IMG/VR virus record: IMGVR_UViG_3300014944_000002
Origin: a virus
Strand: one strand, 5' to 3'
DNA length: 6,603 nt
Shown here piece by piece: positions 1-3,286 of this stretch. Numbering within the stretch: position 1 is the stretch's first letter; every line of letters starts with the position of its first letter. The notes beneath the pieces are model-generated. The model had not been told where the DNA came from. It ran no database searches and was given only the letters and a program-made list of their open reading frames with translations. The position numbers and the translations under genes are program-made.

Positions 1-99
1 TAAACAATCTGCATTTGATACCAAGTTGCAGCCTTGGCGTGAGGCACTTAACTCTACTAATATGATTTTTAATGGAATTGGTTCTGGATTGGATACATA
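1..99. repeat. Terminal direct repeat, copy 1 (identical to 6505-6603)
   Basis: Base-by-base comparison: taaacaatctgcatttgatacc...ggttctggattggatacata occurs at both ends with no mismatch. It lies inside VP2 coding sequence, so it is a circular-assembly overlap and not a biological LTR. Confidence 0.97.
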
Positions 100-157
100 T
101 AATCGTTTTCTAAATGGTAGAACATTCCGTAATCGTATTAAGAGGCGTCATAAATAA
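2..157 (+). CDS. VP2: 3' end of the VP2 minor capsid / DNA pilot protein gene (wrap-around continuation of 5528-6603). Last 51 codons plus TAA at 155-157
   Basis: The frame starting at base 2 reads KQSAFDTKLQPWREALNSTNMIFNGIGSGLDTYNRFLNGRTFRNRIKRRHK*. Bases 2-99 duplicate 6506-6603 in the same phase as the ORF that opens at 5528. Confidence 0.85.
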   Translation, partial: KQSAFDTKLQPWREALNSTNMIFNGIGSGLDTYNRFLNGRTFRNRIKRRHK

Positions 158-189
158 TCTGTTTCATTATCATATTCTAATTTGCCTTT

Positions 190-229
190 ATGCACTGGCT
201 CGTGATGAGTCGGTGCATTTTATTTTTAT
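190..229 (+). terminator. Rho-independent terminator downstream of VP2
   Basis: ATGCACTGGCTC (190-201) pairs with GAGTCGGTGCAT (207-218). That gives 12 bp including 2 G-U pairs and a 5-nt loop GTGAT, followed directly by TTTATTTTTAT (219-229). It sits 33 nt after the VP2 stop. Confidence 0.55.
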
Positions 230-254
230 AGCTGTTCTCTTTTGTGCGGTAGCA

Positions 255-280
255 AAACGGGTTTCACATCTAGCCCGTTT
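255..280 (+). other. GC-containing stem-loop in the main intergenic region
   Basis: AAACGGG (255-261) and CCCGTTT (274-280) form a perfect 7-bp inverted repeat with a 12-nt loop. It is followed by a C-rich tract (ccttcccctctcgtcc) and has no T-run, so it is not a classical terminator. Confidence 0.5.
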
Positions 281-356
281 CCTTCCCCTCTCGTCCGAGA
301 TTGGCAAAAGTGACACCAACAAAAATGCAAAACATGTTGTATAACATATAATTTAA

Positions 357-388
357 TTTGGTATATTGTTCATTTCCCCTTATCTTTG
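357..388 (+). promoter_or_regulatory. Bacteroides-type promoter: -33 TTTG (357-360), 20-nt spacer, -7 TATCTTTG (381-388)
   Basis: Exact match to the Bacteroides primary-sigma consensus TTTG / TAnnTTTG with spacing in the reported 19-21 nt range. It lies in non-coding DNA, about 28 nt upstream of the first small ORF (ATG 416) and downstream of the VP2 terminator. Confidence 0.45.
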
Positions 389-401
389 TAGTGTAATAAA
401 A

Positions 402-408
402 AAGGAGA
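402..408 (+). promoter_or_regulatory. Shine-Dalgarno-like AAGGAGA upstream of ATG 416
   Basis: AAGGAGA lies 7 nt upstream of ATG 416 (8 nt from the AGGAG core) but only 1 nt from ATG 410. This is why I prefer 416 as the start. No comparable purine box precedes any other gene in the window. Confidence 0.4.
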
Positions 409-415
409 TATGATT

Positions 416-595
416 ATGAAAACAGAAAAAATTTATTCTTGGGTATTAAGAATTTCTAATTCTTTAACTAATGAGGTTGAATATCGCACTCGTATGTATT
501 TAACTACTACGGAAATTGAACAAGAGGCTGAGACTCTTATTTCTAATAATAGAGATTTGTATGTGGCTATCTTTAAGCTTCATAAAATGTATTGA
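416..595 (+). CDS. Small hypothetical protein, 59 aa (paralog A of a tandem small-ORF family)
   Basis: ATG with a well-spaced SD. Third-position T richness resembles the core genes. The stop TGA (593-595) is 2 nt from the next ATG. The protein aligns without gaps to the next ORF (MxxxKxYSW...N.L..EV.YR....LT....E..A......N.......F). ATG 410 is an alternative start. Confidence 0.7.
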   Translation: MKTEKIYSWVLRISNSLTNEVEYRTRMYLTTTEIEQEAETLISNNRDLYVAIFKLHKMY

Positions 596-597
596 TT

Positions 598-798
598 ATG
601 GTAGCAAAGAAAAAATATTCATGGCTTTTTCTCTATTATAATGTTTTGAAAGGTGAAGTCTGCTACAGGCTTCACCATGAATTGACAGTTGACGATGTTG
701 AGTTTCTTGCTAATGAATTTTGTAAGGCGAATAGTGGTTATTGTTTAGGTGTTTTTTTAAATTTCAATTCTACAAGAAAAGTCCTTTTTGATAAATAG
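598..798 (+). CDS. Small hypothetical protein, 66 aa (paralog B)
   Basis: ATG 598 lies just after the stop of paralog A. By my hand alignment about 17 of 56 positions are identical to paralog A. The 5' ends also match at nucleotide level (tgattatg, then gaaaaaat..tattc.tgg). Codon bias resembles the core genes. The track start at 592 is a TTG. Confidence 0.7.
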   Translation: MVAKKKYSWLFLYYNVLKGEVCYRLHHELTVDDVEFLANEFCKANSGYCLGVFLNFNSTRKVLFDK

Positions 799-801
799 TT
801 C

Positions 802-832
802 CCCGCGTGGATTTCGTGCACTTAAGCGCGGG
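802..832 (+). other. GC-rich stem-loop between small ORF B and small ORF C
   Basis: CCCGCG (802-807) pairs with CGCGGG (827-832), a 6-bp all-GC stem with a 19-nt loop that contains the palindromes GTGCAC and CTTAAG. It starts 4 nt after the TAG at 796-798. Confidence 0.5.
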
Positions 833-874
833 CTAACTTTCAATTATATTACTAACAATTTAAAATTTACAATT

Positions 875-1066
875 ATGAAATTACTTATGACTGTACAACC
901 GAAAACCGGTGAAAAACCTTTGTCCCTAGTGTTGATTGATACAAACGAAAGTGACTTGTGTCGTCTTGCTGATGATTTTCTTCGTACTGGCGATAATGTT
1001 CTGATTTTTCAGCCTGTAGCTGAATATCACGCTGCCCCCTGCGGAGACTGTGACAAAAAAGAATAG
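875..1066 (+). CDS. Small acidic hypothetical protein, 63 aa, with C-terminal H-x3-C-x2-C. Possible distant third family member
   Basis: ATG 875 is the first ATG after the 802-832 hairpin. The track start at 788 is a TTG that would read through the hairpin. The protein is MKLLMTVQPKTGEKPLSLVLIDTNESDLCRLADDFLRTGDNVLIFQPVAEYHAAPCGDCDKKE. Its LADDF....G...VLIF block resembles LANEF....G...GVF in paralog B. The stop is followed by a long T-tract. Confidence 0.62.
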   Translation: MKLLMTVQPKTGEKPLSLVLIDTNESDLCRLADDFLRTGDNVLIFQPVAEYHAAPCGDCDKKE

Positions 1067-1153
1067 TTTTTCTTTTTTTTCTTCCGACATCGCTTATCAT
1101 TGACAAATTGTGAAGACTGCACCAAGCGTTATTGTATTGAAAATTGTTAATAT

Positions 1154-1185
1154 CGCGTGTGTGCGAAGCTTGCGTAGCACGCGCG
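1154..1185 (+). other. GC-rich imperfect inverted repeat in the non-coding region upstream of VP4
   Basis: CGCGTG (1154-1159) pairs with CACGCG (1178-1183). An alternative register pairs CGCGTGTGT with GCACGCGCG through 1185, using two G-T pairs. It is centred on AAGCTT and is the most GC-dense patch in an otherwise AT-rich spacer. Confidence 0.5.
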
Positions 1186-1214
1186 TGAAATTAATAATTT
1201 TTGATACAATGTTG

Positions 1215-1247
1215 ATTGGTGCTTTCTGCACAATTTACCTACTTTTG
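1215..1247 (+). promoter_or_regulatory. Candidate Bacteroides-type promoter for VP4: aTTG (1215-1218), 21-nt spacer, TACTTTTG (1240-1247)
   Basis: Exact TAnnTTTG -7 box in non-coding DNA about 100 nt upstream of the VP4 ATG. The -33 element is only a 3/4 match (ATTG). Confidence 0.3.
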
Positions 1248-1344
1248 CGATTTCGTAAGATTAAAAGTAAAAGTATTCTTTACCTGCGCGGAGCGCAAAT
1301 TGTGAGCAACTCTGTTGCGTGTGTTGTATTATAAGTGTAAGTGT

Positions 1345-3066
1345 ATGTCTGATAAAGTTCGTAATTTTTTTAATCGTTGCGAGCATCCTCGCATAATAAA
1401 GAATAAGTACACAGGTGAGCCCGTTTATGTTAAATGTGGCGTTTGTCCTCATTGTTTGATTTCGCGTTCTGACGCGAAAAGAAACTTGTGTGATTATGAA
1501 AAGTGGAATCGTAAGTATTGTTACTTTGTAACACTTACTTATAATTCTCAGTATGTTCCTAAAATGGCACTTGTGCCTATTGAAGATTATGAATTTGATT
1601 ACCCTATAGGTAAGAATTGGCCTGCTGTTCGTTCTCAGCTTCTTACGCGTATGAAGCTTGACCCTCGTGTAAAAAAACAGGACAATGGGCAGGACATTAA
1701 TATGTTTACCTGTAAGGTAAATTTTCCTTATATAGATGAACATTTGAAATCTATATATGATTCCTGTGCTGCTGCTGCTGAGTTTCGAAAAAATTACAAA
1801 CCTAAGTACGCTTCTCCTGCTCGCCCCTATATTCTTCGTACTATTCCGCGCATGTCTAAGTTGCATAATTTCAAAGATGTTCAGCGTGAAGAGCTTGTTT
1901 GGATATCTCCCGAAACTGTTGAGAAACTTAAGGCGAAATCTAAATGCGAAGGTAATGATAATGCCTTTCCTCAATTTAAAGGACTCCTTAAGTATGTAAA
2001 TTATCGTGATTATCAACTTTTTGCGAAACGTTTCCGCAAATATTTATTTACAAAAATTGGTTCATATGAAAAAATATCTTCATACGTTGTATCGGAGTAC
2101 TCTCCTAGGACATTCCGCCCGCATTTCCATATCTTATTTTTCTTCGACTCGGACGAAGTCGCCGAAAACATTCAACAAGCTGTATATCAGAGTTGGCGCC
2201 TCGGTCGTGTCGATACGCAACTTGCAAGGGATTCCGCCGGTTCATATGTATCGGGCTATCTTAATAGCCTTGTGTCTCTCCCCAGCATTTTTACGGACGT
2301 CTCGTTTACAAAAAATAAGTCGCGGTTTAGCAACTTATTTGGATATGAAGGCTTTCGACAGACAGTTAAAACTCCTGAACAGGCAGTCGAGCGCTTATCT
2401 GAGCGAATACGCTTTGTCCGTAATGGTAAGCCTTGCGAATTCAATCCCCCCGTTTCGTATATCTCTAGATTGTTGCCCACATTCGTACCATACAGCAGTA
2501 ATTTTTCTGTCGAAACTCGAACAGTTCTTACAGCAATTCGAGGTATATTACAACTCTTTAGACGAAACGAGCCCTTTAAAAAAGAAACTCCAACAAACAT
2601 ATCCGGTTTTATTCACTCCTATATAGTAACTTTGTATGAAAAGTATGGTTATCGGTATGATACTCTTCCTGAGTGTCTTCGTGTTTATCTTGCTTATACG
2701 CGGTCTGCTAAAGAAATTTCTTATTTCACTGATAGACTTAAGAATAAGCTTTGTCGTCCCCTTTATATATATCGTATTTGGGAGTCTCTTGGTCTTTCTG
2801 ATGATTATATTATTTCTTTATCTGATGAATATATGTCTAGGTGTCGGTCTATGTCCCTAGAAAAGCAATTGAGTATTCAGCAAGAAATGTTCGAGCGTGA
2901 AGGTTATTCGGATGAACTTTTATCTTTGTTTTATATTAATAAACCTCAAATGAAATTTAATAATCGTTATTTTCAGGAATGGAAAGATAAGAATTACTAT
3001 GAAGTGCATTATATTCGCGTAAAACATAAGAAATTAAATGATGAAAATAATGTATTTCTAGAATAA
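1345..3066 (+). CDS. VP4: Replication initiation protein VP4 (HUH rolling-circle endonuclease, phiX174 gene A family), 573 aa
   Basis: N-terminal Cys cluster C-x..-CGVCPHC. Motif I is FVTLTY (1525-1542). The HUH motif is PHFHILFF (HFH at 2122-2130). The twin-tyrosine motif is YVSGYLNS (2245-2268), compare YVAKYVNK in phiX174 A. ATG 1345 is preferred over the in-frame TTG 1315 used by the track. Confidence 0.93.
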   Translation: MSDKVRNFFNRCEHPRIIKNKYTGEPVYVKCGVCPHCLISRSDAKRNLCDYEKWNRKYCYFVTLTYNSQYVPKMALVPIEDYEFDYPIGKNWPAVRSQLLTRMKLDPRVKKQDNGQDINMFTCKVNFPYIDEHLKSIYDSCAAAAEFRKNYKPKYASPARPYILRTIPRMSKLHNFKDVQREELVWISPETVEKLKAKSKCEGNDNAFPQFKGLLKYVNYRDYQLFAKRFRKYLFTKIGSYEKISSYVVSEYSPRTFRPHFHILFFFDSDEVAENIQQAVYQSWRLGRVDTQLARDSAGSYVSGYLNSLVSLPSIFTDVSFTKNKSRFSNLFGYEGFRQTVKTPEQAVERLSERIRFVRNGKPCEFNPPVSYISRLLPTFVPYSSNFSVETRTVLTAIRGILQLFRRNEPFKKETPTNISGFIHSYIVTLYEKYGYRYDTLPECLRVYLAYTRSAKEISYFTDRLKNKLCRPLYIYRIWESLGLSDDYIISLSDEYMSRCRSMSLEKQLSIQQEMFEREGYSDELLSLFYINKPQMKFNNRYFQEWKDKNYYEVHYIRVKHKKLNDENNVFLE

Positions 3067-3079
3067 TCATCTTTTATTT

Positions 3080-3283
3080 ATGAAAATTACTCCGCAACAA
3101 TGGATTGAGGTAGTTAAATTGATTTCTACTTTTATTATTGGGCTTATTACAGCCTTGTGTGTTCAGTCTTGTACTGCGTCTATGTCTGTTTTTTGGAAAA
3201 ACAGTAATTCAAAACAGGATAGTCGACAGACTATAGAACAGTCTGTTGATTCTACTCGTATTAATGTTCAACCAAATTTTTAA
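3080..3283 (+). CDS. Small membrane, signal-anchored or lipoprotein-like protein, 67 aa
   Basis: ATG lies 13 nt after the VP4 stop, and the stop lies 3 nt before the VP1 ATG. The protein has MKITPQQWIEVVK, then the hydrophobic stretch LISTFIIGLITALCV, then QSC-TAS and a polar 35-aa tail. Packing and codon bias argue that it is expressed. Confidence 0.7.
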   Translation: MKITPQQWIEVVKLISTFIIGLITALCVQSCTASMSVFWKNSNSKQDSRQTIEQSVDSTRINVQPNF

Positions 3284-3286
3284 ATT

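Noticed and set aside
114-344. 76-aa + strand ORF starting at ATG 114, overlapping the end of VP2 and spanning the main intergenic region
   Set aside because: It reads straight through the terminator hairpin and T-run (190-229) and the 255-280 stem-loop. It overlaps VP2 by 44 nt, has a weaker T3 codon bias than the supported genes and has no recognisable motif. It is most likely a chance ORF, though conservation in relatives would change this.
331-360. Palindrome ATGTT-gtat-AACAT (334-347) and adjacent TAACATATAATTTAAT as a possible XerC/D dif-like attachment site. Alpavirinae-type prophages have been proposed to integrate at dif
   Set aside because: There is only a half-site-like resemblance to the canonical dif core. 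I could not find a second arm (TTATG-type) at the proper 6-nt spacing. It could equally be an operator or part of the promoter region. Comparison with the host dif sequence is needed before any claim.
788-874. Upstream extension of small ORF C to the TTG at 788 (the 92-aa version in the track)
   Set aside because: The extension overlaps the end of ORF B and reads through the GC-rich hairpin at 802-832. The first ATG (875) gives a compact 63-aa product comparable in size to its neighbours.
1055-1080. A-tract/T-tract hairpin (AAAAAAGAA / TTCTTTTTT) and poly-T after small ORF C as a terminator
   Set aside because: The stem is almost entirely A-T with a single G-C pair, so it is too weak to call an intrinsic terminator. 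The T-tract itself is real and is mentioned under the 1067-1344 finding.
885-1106. 73-aa minus-strand ORF antisense to small ORF C. The same argument covers the minus-strand ORFs at 2256-2600, 3332-3595, 5151-5363 and 5555-5881
   Set aside because: All are antisense to better-supported + strand genes and have compositions dictated by the complement of the coding strand. Microviridae transcribe only one strand.
1100-1128. Perfect sigma-70 -35 hexamer TTGACA at 1100-1105, and TATAAT at 347-352
   Set aside because: Neither has a partner element at 16-19 nt spacing. No -10 box follows 1105 and no -35 box precedes 347. The inferred host lineage uses a different promoter consensus.
1110-1334. 74-aa + strand ORF (GTG start) filling the spacer upstream of VP4
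   Set aside because: It has a non-ATG start and runs through the GC-rich inverted repeat, the candidate promoter and the 1285-1297 hairpin. Its codon pattern is unconvincing. The region is better explained as regulatory or structural non-coding DNA.
1315-1344. TTG 1315 as the VP4 start
   Set aside because: ATG 1345 lies 10 codons downstream, and the conserved Cys-cluster N-terminus begins shortly after it. The extra RVLYYKCKC residues have no support. The true start remains unverified.
1757-1999. 80-aa hydrophobic +1-frame ORF inside VP4
   Set aside because: The hydrophobicity follows from VP4 third-position T becoming the second codon position. The ORF is short and unremarkable on its own. 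It is noted only as part of the long open +1 frame discussed under 2006-2626.
1261-2016. 251-aa minus-strand ORF antisense to VP4
   Set aside because: It is antisense to a confidently identified gene. The product is low-complexity and rich in Ile, Lys, Arg and Phe, as expected from reading the complement of T-rich codons. There is no motif, and every supported gene is on the + strand.
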